A DNA stretch of 64,000 bases from sequence record NC_048046.1. The stretch is one strand, 5' to 3'. Below are positions 25,001 through 34,969 of this stretch, piece by piece (position 1 is the first letter of the stretch; every line of letters begins with the position of its first letter). Below the pieces are notes generated by a model, which saw only the letters and a list, made by a program, of their open reading frames with translations, had not been told where the DNA came from and did not search any database. Made by a program: the position numbers and the translations under genes.

Positions 25001-28000
25001 TTCAAGGACCAGGAAGCCGCCGCTGAACTGGAAGCTCTGCGCAATCGTGCGAACCTTGGCAGCCTGAGCGCGCCTTCGTGGGACAGCGTCTTCCAGAAGT
25101 TCGCCGACGCTGGCAAGACCACGGCAGAAGCCGCTAAGACGTCTGCGGATGCGGCGTCGACGACTGCTGCTGCCGCGACCGTGGCCGCCAGCGGTGTGAC
25201 CACGGCAGCCAAGGGTACGGCCCCTACGCCGAAGAACCAGAACGTCGCTGGAGCCATCACGGATGCCGCGCGCGTCACGGGCGTAAATGAAGAAGTTCTG
25301 AAGGCGATCGCTTATCGTGAATCGCGCTTCAATCCTACGGCTGCTGCGCAGACGTCGTCGGCGCGTGGCCTCTTCCAATTCACTTATGCGACGGCGCGCG
25401 ACTACGGCCTGACGAAGGCGAAGTCGGTCGATGAGTACAAGCGTAATCCTGGCGATGCGTTCGACGCTCAGGCTTCCTCCTTGGCGGCAGGACGACTGGC
25501 GAACGCGAATGCGGAAGCGATCAAGAAGGCCACCGGCCGCGACGCGACGGGCGGCGAAATCTACGCAGCCCACTTCATGGGCTCGGGTGGCGTCACGAAG
25601 CTGATCAACGCGGTGGGCAAGAGCCCCAACGCAAGCTTCGAGAAGCTCTTCCCGGCCGAAGCCAAGGCGAACGGCTTCACCCAGGGCAAGACCGTCAAGC
25701 AAGTTTACGACAACCTGACGGCAACGGTGGGAGGGACCGCCGGCACGGGCGCGGCGATCAACCCGCGCGCGGCGCTGGACGGCATCACTGAGGTCGAAGG
25801 CGAGTCCCTGACCGCCAAGTATGAAAATCTCAGCAAGCAGCTTGCCGCGATCACGTCTCAGGTTGATCCGGCTGCGGACGCTATCGGCGGCATGCAGGAA
25901 ATCCTGGTGCGTCTGTCGAAGCTGGGTGACGCGAACGCCAAGCTGGTCGAGCAGGGCGTGTCGAGCCAGTTCACGCCGGAAGTCCAGGCGTCGTTGCAGC
26001 GCCTGAAGGATAAGCTGAACCGCGACATCCAGGACGCCGTCAATCCGTTCACGAAGGACGAGCGCACCGCTAAGCAGGCGAATGAAATCACGCAACTGCG
26101 CCTGAAGGGCATGCAGGACGAAGCGGAGTTCAAGGAGAAGCTGAACGGCCTCTACGAGCAAGGCTACGATATCTCCAAGCTCGACACGCAAGAGAACCGC
26201 AATCGCATGAAGGCGACCCGTCAGCAGACGGACGCCCTGGCCGCGCAACTCGAAGTCGTCAACGCCTTGAATGACGCTCAGCAGAAGCGCGTTGAACGCA
26301 CCGGCTCAGCCGCCGATATCGCCTTCGCGCGTGGCGTGAAGCTGCGCGACGGCCAATCGCTCAACGATGCGATCAGCCAGATGTCGCCGGAAGAACTGGC
26401 AGCGCGCCGCAAGGCCGCGAACATCGCCGTGCAGACGCAGCGCGACGATGCGCTGTACAACGCCCAGGGCCAAATCCAGGAAATGGTGGCGACTGCGGGT
26501 CTGAAGGGTCGCGGCAAGTCGCTGCGCGATGACTACAAGACCTTCCTGGAAGATATCAGCGGCCTGACTGACACTTCGCTGTCGCGTCTGGAGCAACGTG
26601 CTGGTCCGGAACTGACGACCCTCGCCAAGAAGGCCGCCGAGATCAAGGACACCCTTGAGAACCCGCCGGGCTTCCAACGTTGGGCCGACGGTCTGGAGCC
26701 GTTGAAGGAGCGCCTGGAGGACATCAAGGCCGGCTTCGCTGAAGACCTGTCGAGTGCGATCACCGACGCTCTGTCGGGCGACGACGTCGACTGGCGCGAA
26801 CTGGTCCACAACACGTCCAAGCAGATGCTGAAGGCGCAGGTTGACAGCCAGCTTGCCGGTCTCTTCAACATCTTCTCGGGCGGCCCGCAGGCCCAGGCTC
26901 AGCAAGTCGCGAGCGGCTTCCCTGGTATGCAGGGCATGCCGGGTATGCAGCAACAGCAGCAGCCGAACATCTTCCAGCGGCTGTTCGGAACGCGCCCGGC
27001 TAATGGCGGCACCAACACGGGCGTTGGCGCTGGCGTGGGCAGTGCCCAAGGTAACGCCGGTCCGAGCACGGGCGGTGGCTTCTTCGGCGGCCTGTTCCGT
27101 GGTCTCTTCGGTGGCGGCACCCCGCCGGCTTCTAGCCTTGCTCAGGCCCCTGGCCAGAACACGGGCTTCAGCAGCGGCATGCCCAGCATCTACGACTTCA
27201 ACGGTTCGCCGAGCGTGGCGCAGGCCGGTTGGGCAAACGGCACGGACCTGCAAGTTGCAGGCCCGACCGTGGACACGTCGTCGGGCCTGGGTCAGGCTCT
27301 GTCGTTCTTCGGTCTCTCGAATGCCGGCATCAAGTCTGAAACGGCGATGAGCGGAGCGTCGGCGTTCGGCGGCAACACGGCCGTGACGACCGGTATCGGC
27401 GCGATCAATGGACCGACGGGCGCGGCCGACGCGATGAACTCGGCCAACATCTCGGTGTCGAACGCCCAGGTGTCGGCCCAGAACATGACGGTTCAGGCTC
27501 AAACGGTCAACCTGAGCGGCAACGTCGCAGGTGGTGGCGGCGCCGGGGGAGCGCCCGGCGTTGGTCCGGCAGGTGCTGCGTCGGCGACGGGCGGCCTGGG
27601 CGGTGGTGCAGGCGCGGGCGGTGGTGGAGCTAATCCGTTCAGCAGCATCTTTGGTGGTGGCGGTAGCGCCGGTATCACGGCGCCTGCCGTCAACCCGGTG
27701 TCGGTGAACGACGCCATGCTGACGCCGTACACGGTCGATCAGACGGGCGGCCCTGGCTTCGTGCCGGCGGGCATGGGTATGCCTGATCTGAGTGGCATGA
27801 CCCCGTTCGGACAGGGCGGCGGAATCACGGGCTGGTTCAGCAACACGTTCGGTAACATGGGTCAAATGGGTCAGCAGGTCGGGCAGCAGGTCATGGCCCT
27901 GGCTCCGTTCCTGCTGGCGAACCTGACCCGCCGCAAGGACAAGAACAAGGAACCGAAGAAGAACATTAACGGCGTGATCGGCGAAGCACGTCCGGTTGAA

Positions 28001-28540
28001 GTTTCGGGTACCCAGGTATCGGCGCACGGCAACATCGCGGCCGACCTGATCAACATGGGCCTGAACGCCGCGACCGGCAACTTCGGCGCCGGCGGCGGCT
28101 GGAGCATCGGCCAGACGTTCGGCAATATGGGTTCTTCGCTGGGCAGCAGCTTCAGCAACATGGGTGCCGGTTTCTCGCGCATGTTCGGCGGTGGTTTCTC
28201 GGAAGGCGGCTATACCGACAAGCCGGTCCACAAGATGGCTCTGGGCGGGTTCTCGTTCGCGAACGCTCCGCATTACTCGGAAGGCACGCCGAACACCTCG
28301 GGCGGCATGCCGGCGATCCTGCATCCGAACGAAGCAGTCATCCCGCTGTCGCGTGGCCGCTCGATCCCGATCGAAATGCCAGAAGATCACGCCGGCCCCG
28401 GCGTGACGAACAACATCACGTCGCGCATCACGGTCGTGGCACCCAATCCGGACGGGTTCCGTAAGTCGTCTGGCGCGATTACCCGTCAGCAGAACCGCGA
28501 TCTGAAGCGCGCGGCCCTGCGTAACCTGAGCAGCCGGTAA
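22064..28540 (+). CDS. Tape measure protein with an embedded lytic transglycosylase domain
   Basis: 2158 aa, Ala/Gly-rich, tape-measure core; SLT motif IAYRESRFNP...ARGLFQF near 25260-25720. Confidence 0.93.
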   Translation: MDTQPLKLKVDSGQAQADLAALARSLDMAGVAALKTAKNFETGMAGVSKAINGSLGSMEKFAKVAGLLSKIKMDGSGVSAIGEFAKALNQVARVREIEQSKLNSYRKFIEVGAQVSKLRFDGQATNSILKFSQALDAVSKARAITPAKMQSWVKFIEITARASQLRLSGSATNSIKQFAEALESVSKVRAITPARVQSIKSLFEVLGSAKGLGNAGKLAGDLDKIAAAAARASTALSSMPSKVRAVSPGFQAATKNAESLHKEIAKTPGHASRASKGLGGLIGRLGDLGERFKLSYQAGTAFSAFFSAFTFGQFLKSTYETNIALAKLQKALLFSTGTFKGAHEAMDRFVGTSLELGLNIEKTAEAYGRFTLSAKASGIGITDSEKIFKSVAGTLQVVGANSEQTELAFYGLTQMIQKGKVSAEEFNRQIGEQIPGNAVIGARALSKLEGRVVSVAEFFKRMSLGQIMSTKFVPAYAEALQEEFGDLLKVAQRRPDVALNKLTSAFTIFKKSVGEAGFMASLGREFGRLTDKIIVTKDGQTSLTPAAQRLADTLGKNLASMVRLLGKGLEFLVENLDSVVAAIKGLAALKIGATFMDWTKKANGFAGSLIPVKNNVAEVAKTEAAIAGAGANAATAAAATQGSTMGGPALYASKGSKTQTYDNLRKQGYSHEDATFYGSLPTRDNEKFTAQSGTLMGNPGQRTQRQFGRRVQTYNNTTNGLSGNAVAFGMRNNAAATAAAQTASKGAGAMAAAAKGASMAFAGLRGVLNLLPGVAVAAGIALAIFSDKITGVKTAAGNDVQVGDIASGALGAAGKDIGKWFNDAAIGIGALFGVSKEKAGGKSLGEWLGWIAAGLITLGKVLFSLADSLGKVIGTTLASIIGDVVTFARVTGRVFKGDFAGAKQIGADWQKQKETNAKNTADDIVAGTRNAFNMRGVYDDIMARAKTAADGRNQEQATDAAVQRENADIERQMAARQQAFKDQEAAAELEALRNRANLGSLSAPSWDSVFQKFADAGKTTAEAAKTSADAASTTAAAATVAASGVTTAAKGTAPTPKNQNVAGAITDAARVTGVNEEVLKAIAYRESRFNPTAAAQTSSARGLFQFTYATARDYGLTKAKSVDEYKRNPGDAFDAQASSLAAGRLANANAEAIKKATGRDATGGEIYAAHFMGSGGVTKLINAVGKSPNASFEKLFPAEAKANGFTQGKTVKQVYDNLTATVGGTAGTGAAINPRAALDGITEVEGESLTAKYENLSKQLAAITSQVDPAADAIGGMQEILVRLSKLGDANAKLVEQGVSSQFTPEVQASLQRLKDKLNRDIQDAVNPFTKDERTAKQANEITQLRLKGMQDEAEFKEKLNGLYEQGYDISKLDTQENRNRMKATRQQTDALAAQLEVVNALNDAQQKRVERTGSAADIAFARGVKLRDGQSLNDAISQMSPEELAARRKAANIAVQTQRDDALYNAQGQIQEMVATAGLKGRGKSLRDDYKTFLEDISGLTDTSLSRLEQRAGPELTTLAKKAAEIKDTLENPPGFQRWADGLEPLKERLEDIKAGFAEDLSSAITDALSGDDVDWRELVHNTSKQMLKAQVDSQLAGLFNIFSGGPQAQAQQVASGFPGMQGMPGMQQQQQPNIFQRLFGTRPANGGTNTGVGAGVGSAQGNAGPSTGGGFFGGLFRGLFGGGTPPASSLAQAPGQNTGFSSGMPSIYDFNGSPSVAQAGWANGTDLQVAGPTVDTSSGLGQALSFFGLSNAGIKSETAMSGASAFGGNTAVTTGIGAINGPTGAADAMNSANISVSNAQVSAQNMTVQAQTVNLSGNVAGGGGAGGAPGVGPAGAASATGGLGGGAGAGGGGANPFSSIFGGGGSAGITAPAVNPVSVNDAMLTPYTVDQTGGPGFVPAGMGMPDLSGMTPFGQGGGITGWFSNTFGNMGQMGQQVGQQVMALAPFLLANLTRRKDKNKEPKKNINGVIGEARPVEVSGTQVSAHGNIAADLINMGLNAATGNFGAGGGWSIGQTFGNMGSSLGSSFSNMGAGFSRMFGGGFSEGGYTDKPVHKMALGGFSFANAPHYSEGTPNTSGGMPAILHPNEAVIPLSRGRSIPIEMPEDHAGPGVTNNITSRITVVAPNPDGFRKSSGAITRQQNRDLKRAALRNLSSR

Positions 28541-28673
28541 CAGCCAACTAGGCTGTCACCGGCGTGCCAGGAATCTTGACGCTCCTGGCGTTTCGTGACA
28601 CTCAGATAGTCCCCGTTAACCACGTCGGTGAAAGCCGGCGCGCCCCTTCACGCACAACGAGTTAACCCCCAGC

Positions 28674-29321
28674 ATGCCCGCTTTCCACGAGGTTCTGTTC
28701 CCTACGGACATCTCCTATGGCAGCCAGGGCGGTCCGAAGTTCAAGACGACCGTCTTCATGGCAGACTCCGGCTACGAGCAGCGCAATATCGACTGGCGAT
28801 CGACGCGCGCCGAGTACGACGTCAGCCACGGCATCAAGCGCCTGGACCAAATGCACGAACTGACGGCGTTCTTCTACGCCCGCATGGGCCGGGCTTACGG
28901 TTTCCGGTTCAAGGACTTCAACGACTATCACCTCCAGGCTGAGACGATCGCGATCGGGGATGGGGTGAAGAAGGCGTTCCAGATCGTCAAGACCTACACC
29001 AGCTTCCAGTCTGAATCGGGTGAGACCTACAGCCACACTCGCAATATCACCAAGATCGCCTGGGGCACGCTGACCCAAGTCATGGTTGGTCTCGCGGCCC
29101 AGACGCCGGACGTCGACTATTCGGTCGACGAGAACACTGGCATCATCACGTTCGTCGATGCGCCGCCTGAAGGCGCCACGATCAAGATCGGCTACTGCGA
29201 ATTCCACGTGCCGGTCCGTTTCGACACCGACCACCTCGATTCGGTCCATGATTTCTGGAACACGCAGTCCTGGTCCTCGATCCCGCTGGTCGAAGTGCGT
29301 GATTGGGGGAACCTGTTCTAA
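28674..29321 (+). CDS. DUF2460 distal tail protein
   Basis: FHEVLFP...SGYEQRN...VPVRFDTD. Confidence 0.9.
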   Translation: MPAFHEVLFPTDISYGSQGGPKFKTTVFMADSGYEQRNIDWRSTRAEYDVSHGIKRLDQMHELTAFFYARMGRAYGFRFKDFNDYHLQAETIAIGDGVKKAFQIVKTYTSFQSESGETYSHTRNITKIAWGTLTQVMVGLAAQTPDVDYSVDENTGIITFVDAPPEGATIKIGYCEFHVPVRFDTDHLDSVHDFWNTQSWSSIPLVEVRDWGNLF

Positions 29322-30949
29322 TGAAGAACCTGACCCCGGCACTCCAGCAGCACCTCCAAAGCGGCGTGACGACAATCTGCACCTGCATGGAGATCATCCG
29401 CCGCGACCAGAAGTCCTACCACTTCACGGATAACGACCAGATCGTCCGTGTCGCCAATGTCGACTACGTGCCGTACGCCTCGTTCGCACGCACGTCGATC
29501 TCCACGTCGCTCGATCTCGAAGTCGACGGCATGGAGATCAAGGGCATCCTGAACTCGAACTACATCTCCCGCGATGATGTCGCCGGCGGCGTGTTCGACT
29601 TCGCCGAGGTGCGTGTCTTCGTTGTCAACTATATGGACCCGGATGGCGGGCAGGCCGTGCTTCGTGTCGGCTGGCTCGGCGAAGTGACCATGAACGAGGA
29701 CGGCACGTTCAACGCCGAGCTTCGCGGCCTCAGCCAAGTCTACGCCTATCGCATTGGCGAAGCGTACGCACCCGAGTGCCGCGCCGACCTGGGTGATCGT
29801 CGCTGCAAGCTCGCCTTGGCGCCGCCGCGCTGGCTACCCAACTACGCCTACAAGCGCGGAGACACGGTGCTTGGCGCGATCAACCCCGCGAACGCCTACG
29901 TCAACCTGTCGCTGGTCAATCCGTCGTTCGATGACGAGGCGGCGGTCACCCTGACCCGCGACGTCGAAGGCTGGACGACCTACGGCGACTCCAAGGGCCG
30001 GTGGACGATCCGTCAGGACCCCTGGTACAACACCAAGGCTCAGGATAGCTACGCCATCTACAACACCGACAATGGCGACCGAGATACGTCGGACCTGGGG
30101 CTCTACCAGGACGTCAACATCGTCGAGCAAGGCGTCGACGCCTACGAGATTGATACGGGCCTCTGCCGGCTCTACGCGACGTTCAAGACGGCGTGCGTCA
30201 ACGGGCGCGAGGCCGGCACGCGCGTGCGCATCTACTGCTACGACGAGAACCACAACCCGATCGGCCCTACGACGCTCTATGACACGGGCCTTCAGAAGAC
30301 CGCTGAAGATCGCTGGTTCACCCAAATCTGCGACAATGTCCTGATCCCGCCGGGCACCCGCATCCTTCGTTTCGATCTCTTCGCTCACAAGCGCTCGCGC
30401 TATGAAGAAGGCGCCGGCTTCGACACGGTTACGGCCGCGATCAACACGCCGGAAGGCGACTTCGCGGGTTCTGATCAATTCGGCGACGTGGCCTTCATGG
30501 CGATGAACTCGGGCCACACCGGCGATACCGAGCCGGCCTGGAGCAACCTGATCGGCAGCGAAGTCGTCGACAACGAGATCACCTGGAAGGCGATCAAGCT
30601 GTGGCGCGTCACGACCTATGTCGACGGTGTGGTTTCCCCGAACAAGCTGCGGCCGACCTACGTGTTTGACGCGGATGGCTATTACGATGGCGGTCTGATC
30701 CGCTGGGAGACCGGAAAGAACGCCGGCCGCGCCCAGGAGATCAAGTTCTGGAAGGATGGCGTCCTGACGCTGTTCCAGCGCCCTTATCACGTGCCCCAAG
30801 AAGGTGACCGCTTCGTCCTCCACCCTGGCTGCGACAAGCGCCGCGCGACCTGTAAGACGAAGTTCGGGAACATCCTGAATTTCCGAGGCGAGCCCGACGT
30901 GCCGGGCCAGGACTCCTACTACAGCGGACCGGATGCTCCGACCTCGTAA
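29321..30949 (+). CDS. DUF2163/BR0599-type tail hub protein with an internal insertion
   Basis: CRADLGDRRC and GCDKRRATCKTKFGNILNFRGEP motifs. Confidence 0.88.
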   Translation: MKNLTPALQQHLQSGVTTICTCMEIIRRDQKSYHFTDNDQIVRVANVDYVPYASFARTSISTSLDLEVDGMEIKGILNSNYISRDDVAGGVFDFAEVRVFVVNYMDPDGGQAVLRVGWLGEVTMNEDGTFNAELRGLSQVYAYRIGEAYAPECRADLGDRRCKLALAPPRWLPNYAYKRGDTVLGAINPANAYVNLSLVNPSFDDEAAVTLTRDVEGWTTYGDSKGRWTIRQDPWYNTKAQDSYAIYNTDNGDRDTSDLGLYQDVNIVEQGVDAYEIDTGLCRLYATFKTACVNGREAGTRVRIYCYDENHNPIGPTTLYDTGLQKTAEDRWFTQICDNVLIPPGTRILRFDLFAHKRSRYEEGAGFDTVTAAINTPEGDFAGSDQFGDVAFMAMNSGHTGDTEPAWSNLIGSEVVDNEITWKAIKLWRVTTYVDGVVSPNKLRPTYVFDADGYYDGGLIRWETGKNAGRAQEIKFWKDGVLTLFQRPYHVPQEGDRFVLHPGCDKRRATCKTKFGNILNFRGEPDVPGQDSYYSGPDAPTS

Positions 30950-31371
30950 TGCTGCGCTCTGAAATCGTCTTCGAAGCTCGTCGCTATCTCGAACGCCCCA
31001 CGCGCTGGACGCACATGGGGCGCACGATCACGGGCGTCGATTGCATCGGTCTGGTCTGCGGCGTCGCCGATCAGTTCCAAATCCAGTACGACGACATCAG
31101 CGGCTATTCGCGTAATCCGGACGGCCGGTTCGTCGATCACGTCAAGAAGTTCATGGTTCTGCGTGAGCCGCAGACTGTGGTGCCCGGCTGCGCGGTCATC
31201 TTCCGCGACAACTATCAGCCCTGCCATATCGGGATCATCTCCGAAAAGTACGGCCGGCACTACCTCATCCATTCTTCCTTGGCGAAGCGGTGCGTCGTCG
31301 AGGAGGAGTACGACCAATTCTGGCAGAAGCGTTTCCGCTGCTCTCTCGATTTCCCTGGCGTGGAGGACTAA
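30949..31371 (+). CDS. NlpC/P60-family tail protein
   Basis: GVDCIGLV...H catalytic pattern. Confidence 0.88.
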   Translation: MLRSEIVFEARRYLERPTRWTHMGRTITGVDCIGLVCGVADQFQIQYDDISGYSRNPDGRFVDHVKKFMVLREPQTVVPGCAVIFRDNYQPCHIGIISEKYGRHYLIHSSLAKRCVVEEEYDQFWQKRFRCSLDFPGVED

Positions 31372-34300
31372 ATGGCCGATCCCGTTTCCTTCATCGTCGC
31401 GCGGGTCGCGCAGGTCGGCGTCAGCTATCTCTTCCCCTCGGAAGGCCCTCGTCTCAAGGACTTGAAGGTCACCGCGTCGACCTATGGCGCCGCGATCCCC
31501 TGGGTCTTCGGCCTGACTCGCGTGCCCGGAAACATGATCTGGGCTAAGCCGATCCGGGAAAAGAAGAAGAAGAAGATGGCCGGCAAGGGCGGCTTCTACA
31601 ACCAGTACACCTATTACGGCACGTTCGCGATGGGTCTCTGCATGGGACCGGTCAAGTCGATCCTGCGCATCTGGGCCGACGGCAAGCTGATCTACGACTT
31701 GACCAACGGGTTCGACCGCAAGGACCAGGACGACATGACGATCAAGCAGACGCTCCAGTCTGCGATCAACAATCCCCAGGCCGTTTCGCCTAAGTACCGC
31801 ATCCGCATGTACATGGGTGATGAAGAGCAACTGCCCGACTCCGCCATGGAGCAGTACCTGGGTGCCGGTAATGCGCCGGCGTTCCGAGGTATGTGCTACC
31901 TCATGTTCGATGACGTCCCTCTGGCCGACTTCGGGAACCGTTTCCCGCAGATCACCGCCGAGGTGTTCGTGGGGTCGACCGAGAACAACGCCCAGGTCGT
32001 TCCGCTGACCCTGTTTGACGGCACCACGCCGATCGACACTGACTACGCGCCGGGCGAGGCCATCTTCGATTGGGAGCGCAGCTTCGCCTATCTGCGCTAC
32101 GACGACACGATGGCGCAGATCAATCTGCGCACTTCCAAGCAGAATCAGCTTTTCACCAACGAGAATTTCCGCTTCCCGGATGGCGGCGGACTCGACAAGC
32201 TGCTCTGCGCCGGTCGCGACAGTTCACTCTACGTCAACTTCGATTCGGCTACCGGTGGATCGGGCCGGTTCGCGCGCCTGGACCCCTACTCGCTCCAATG
32301 CCTGGGTGTTAAGGATTATCCGTCCGAGGTCGTGGCCGCGACGACGGCCTACGATAACCAGTCGATCGAGCACGTCCTGACCGTCTCGGCCGACGGTACG
32401 ACGAAGTGCCTGAAGAAGGCAGACCTCAGCGAAGAGTGGTCGCTGACCTTGCCGGGCAGTATCTTCAAGGTGTGTGCGCGGGATGCGGACGCGACGGGTA
32501 AGCCGACCTTTTTCGTCTTCCATGGCGACGGCGGCACTAACCTCTATCTGGCGCGTGTCCGCGACGGCGCCTACGAGGACGTCTGGGCCGGCTGGGCACC
32601 AGATACGACCACGCCCAGCGCGATCCTGTGGGACAGCGCCGTCCCTGGCGTGATCATGTTCTGGCACGATGGCGCTGCGCCCAATTCTAGCATCGCGAAG
32701 TGGTCGGAGGACTCCAACTCGGAGGTCTGGCACCACAGCATCGTCGGTTACCCAGACGTCTATGACGGCCAGTCGCGGCTACTCAATCAGGTACTCGCGT
32801 GGCAAGTCGACGGGCGCCTGTTCGTGATCGATACGAACACGGGCTACTATCGAGACGATATCGTCGATCCAAGCACCGGCGAGATCAACGACGACGTTGG
32901 TGAGGTCAACTGGCAGGACTACCTGGATCGCTACCCAGACGTCAACGCTGCCTATTACGCGGGCGGCTATGAGGTCGCGTCCTCACCGACCGAGTTCGCG
33001 CAGTGGCACTATCAGCATTACGGCGAAGACGAAGGCCGCACGCTAACCTACATCGGTGACAATCAGGGCCAGGGCTTCGCGCTTCCGCCTGAGTACGCTG
33101 GCATCTCCAGTAAGCTGCAAGGCTACGATGGGTTGCGTGCGGCATTGATCTGCCTGGATGGCATCGAAGGGTCTGCCGGCATCACGACGACGGGCGTGGG
33201 CGTGAGTGTCGGCACCGTCATCCAGCGCATGCTGACGGAAGGTGGCTTGACGCCGGCGCAGATGGTGCTCGACCCGCTTTACAAGATCGGTCTGCGCGGA
33301 TTCGGCTGGGCCTCCGGCACGGACATCAAGTCGATCGTCGAGGAGTTGAAGCGCCTCTACCTTTTTGACCTTGTCGAAAGCGAGGGCATGATTGTCGCGA
33401 TCATGCGCGGCAATCCCGATAATGGCCTGGGCGAGCCCGACATCACGATCCCTCAGAACGTCCTCGGCTCTTCGAGTCCCGACGCGATGGACTTCTGGCA
33501 GGAGACGCGCGCTCAAGAAGCTGACTTGCCTTTCAACGTCACCTTGGCCTACATGAATTGGGAGCAGGACTACGAGACGGGCACGGCCCGCTCGCAGCGG
33601 ATCAGCAACCCATTCCCGACGATGTTTTCGCGCCAGCAACTGGCGTTGGAGATGAACGTCGTCATGACCCCGACCGAAGCCAAGGTCCAGGTCAACAAGA
33701 TTCTCTACGCTCAGTGGTACGAGCGTACGCAGCACGTGTCGCGTCTGCCTTGGGCCTACCTCGCCGTCGATCCGGCTGACATCATTCAGGTTCACATGAA
33801 TGATGGGCGCTCTTACATCGACCGGCTGCATCGAACCGAGCTAGGCGCTGACTTCTCGATCGCGACCGAGAGCTATAGCCAGGATAGCGGCGCCTACGCC
33901 GAGTGGGAAGACTTCGTCAATGGCGATGGCGGTGCGGGTACCGGTACGTCGATCGTAGACGACGCGCCGCAGGTCTCGCTGCCCTTTATCCTGAACACGC
34001 CGCTACTGCGCGACCAGGATGATACGGGCGGGTCCTTCTCGACCTATTACGTCGGCCTGGGCAACGGCTCGCCGGGCGTGTGGAAGGGTGCTTCCCTCTA
34101 CCGCTCGACCAACAACCTCGACTACGACCTGATCGACTCCGGCGCCAGCGATGTCGAATGGGGTACCGTGATCGGTAAGTTGCCGCCACCGCCGGCCAGC
34201 GCTTTCGCGGTGGACTGGAAGACCAAGCTGACCATCTTGCCGGCGGTTAGCTGGTTCGACGTCGACTCGATCACCGATGACGACCTGTGGCTGGGCGCCA

Positions 34301-34968
34301 ACGCGTGCATGGTCGGCAACGAAGTGATCCAGTTCCGCGATGTCGTGGAGAATGAGGATGGAACTTGGACGCTGTCCACGCTGCTGCGCGGCCGGCGGGG
34401 GACCGAGTACGCCTGCGACAACCACGTCGCCGGGGAACGCTTCCTTTTCCTCGATTCCAACACGATCGCCGAGCAAGGCGACTTGATCAACTCGCGCGGT
34501 CAGGCTCGCTTCTTCAAGGGCGTTGGTAATGGCAAGTCGCTGCAAGATGCGACCACGATCCAGATCGCTTACGAACCGCGCGACCTCATGCCCTATGCGC
34601 CCAAGGACATCCGTCGGGAGTTCGGTACGGCCGGCATCGAAGTCACGTGGTCGCGTCGTCCTCGCTTCGGCGGAAACATGATGGACGGCACGGGTGAAGT
34701 ACCCCTGGTCGAGAAGTCGGAACGCTACGAGGCCTATGTGCTTTCGGGGCCGTTCGAGGGAGACCTGTCGCGCGGTGCGGCCCCGACCAACTACCTCCAC
34801 AAGTACGAAGTGACCGAGCCGCGCTTCACGTACAACCTCCTGTCGCAGGGCCTGGATGGGTTCAATCCCGCAACGGACACCTTGTACGTCGTGATTTACC
34901 AGTTGTCGGATTCCGTGGGACGAGGCTTCCCCGGTTACCGTGCCATTCCTCCGTACACCGAGTTCTAG
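31372..34968 (+). CDS. Tail tip/host-specificity protein, copy 1
   Basis: STYGAAIPWVFG...GNMIW, APAFRG, FGNRFPQ, LLRGRRGTE motifs. Confidence 0.88.
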   Translation: MADPVSFIVARVAQVGVSYLFPSEGPRLKDLKVTASTYGAAIPWVFGLTRVPGNMIWAKPIREKKKKKMAGKGGFYNQYTYYGTFAMGLCMGPVKSILRIWADGKLIYDLTNGFDRKDQDDMTIKQTLQSAINNPQAVSPKYRIRMYMGDEEQLPDSAMEQYLGAGNAPAFRGMCYLMFDDVPLADFGNRFPQITAEVFVGSTENNAQVVPLTLFDGTTPIDTDYAPGEAIFDWERSFAYLRYDDTMAQINLRTSKQNQLFTNENFRFPDGGGLDKLLCAGRDSSLYVNFDSATGGSGRFARLDPYSLQCLGVKDYPSEVVAATTAYDNQSIEHVLTVSADGTTKCLKKADLSEEWSLTLPGSIFKVCARDADATGKPTFFVFHGDGGTNLYLARVRDGAYEDVWAGWAPDTTTPSAILWDSAVPGVIMFWHDGAAPNSSIAKWSEDSNSEVWHHSIVGYPDVYDGQSRLLNQVLAWQVDGRLFVIDTNTGYYRDDIVDPSTGEINDDVGEVNWQDYLDRYPDVNAAYYAGGYEVASSPTEFAQWHYQHYGEDEGRTLTYIGDNQGQGFALPPEYAGISSKLQGYDGLRAALICLDGIEGSAGITTTGVGVSVGTVIQRMLTEGGLTPAQMVLDPLYKIGLRGFGWASGTDIKSIVEELKRLYLFDLVESEGMIVAIMRGNPDNGLGEPDITIPQNVLGSSSPDAMDFWQETRAQEADLPFNVTLAYMNWEQDYETGTARSQRISNPFPTMFSRQQLALEMNVVMTPTEAKVQVNKILYAQWYERTQHVSRLPWAYLAVDPADIIQVHMNDGRSYIDRLHRTELGADFSIATESYSQDSGAYAEWEDFVNGDGGAGTGTSIVDDAPQVSLPFILNTPLLRDQDDTGGSFSTYYVGLGNGSPGVWKGASLYRSTNNLDYDLIDSGASDVEWGTVIGKLPPPPASAFAVDWKTKLTILPAVSWFDVDSITDDDLWLGANACMVGNEVIQFRDVVENEDGTWTLSTLLRGRRGTEYACDNHVAGERFLFLDSNTIAEQGDLINSRGQARFFKGVGNGKSLQDATTIQIAYEPRDLMPYAPKDIRREFGTAGIEVTWSRRPRFGGNMMDGTGEVPLVEKSERYEAYVLSGPFEGDLSRGAAPTNYLHKYEVTEPRFTYNLLSQGLDGFNPATDTLYVVIYQLSDSVGRGFPGYRAIPPYTEF

Positions 34969-34969
34969 T

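Noticed and set aside
18573-26248. Very long antisense ORFs (18573..21104, 22097..26248)
   Set aside because: Shadow frames of highly biased GC-rich genes; no RBS or recognisable motifs.
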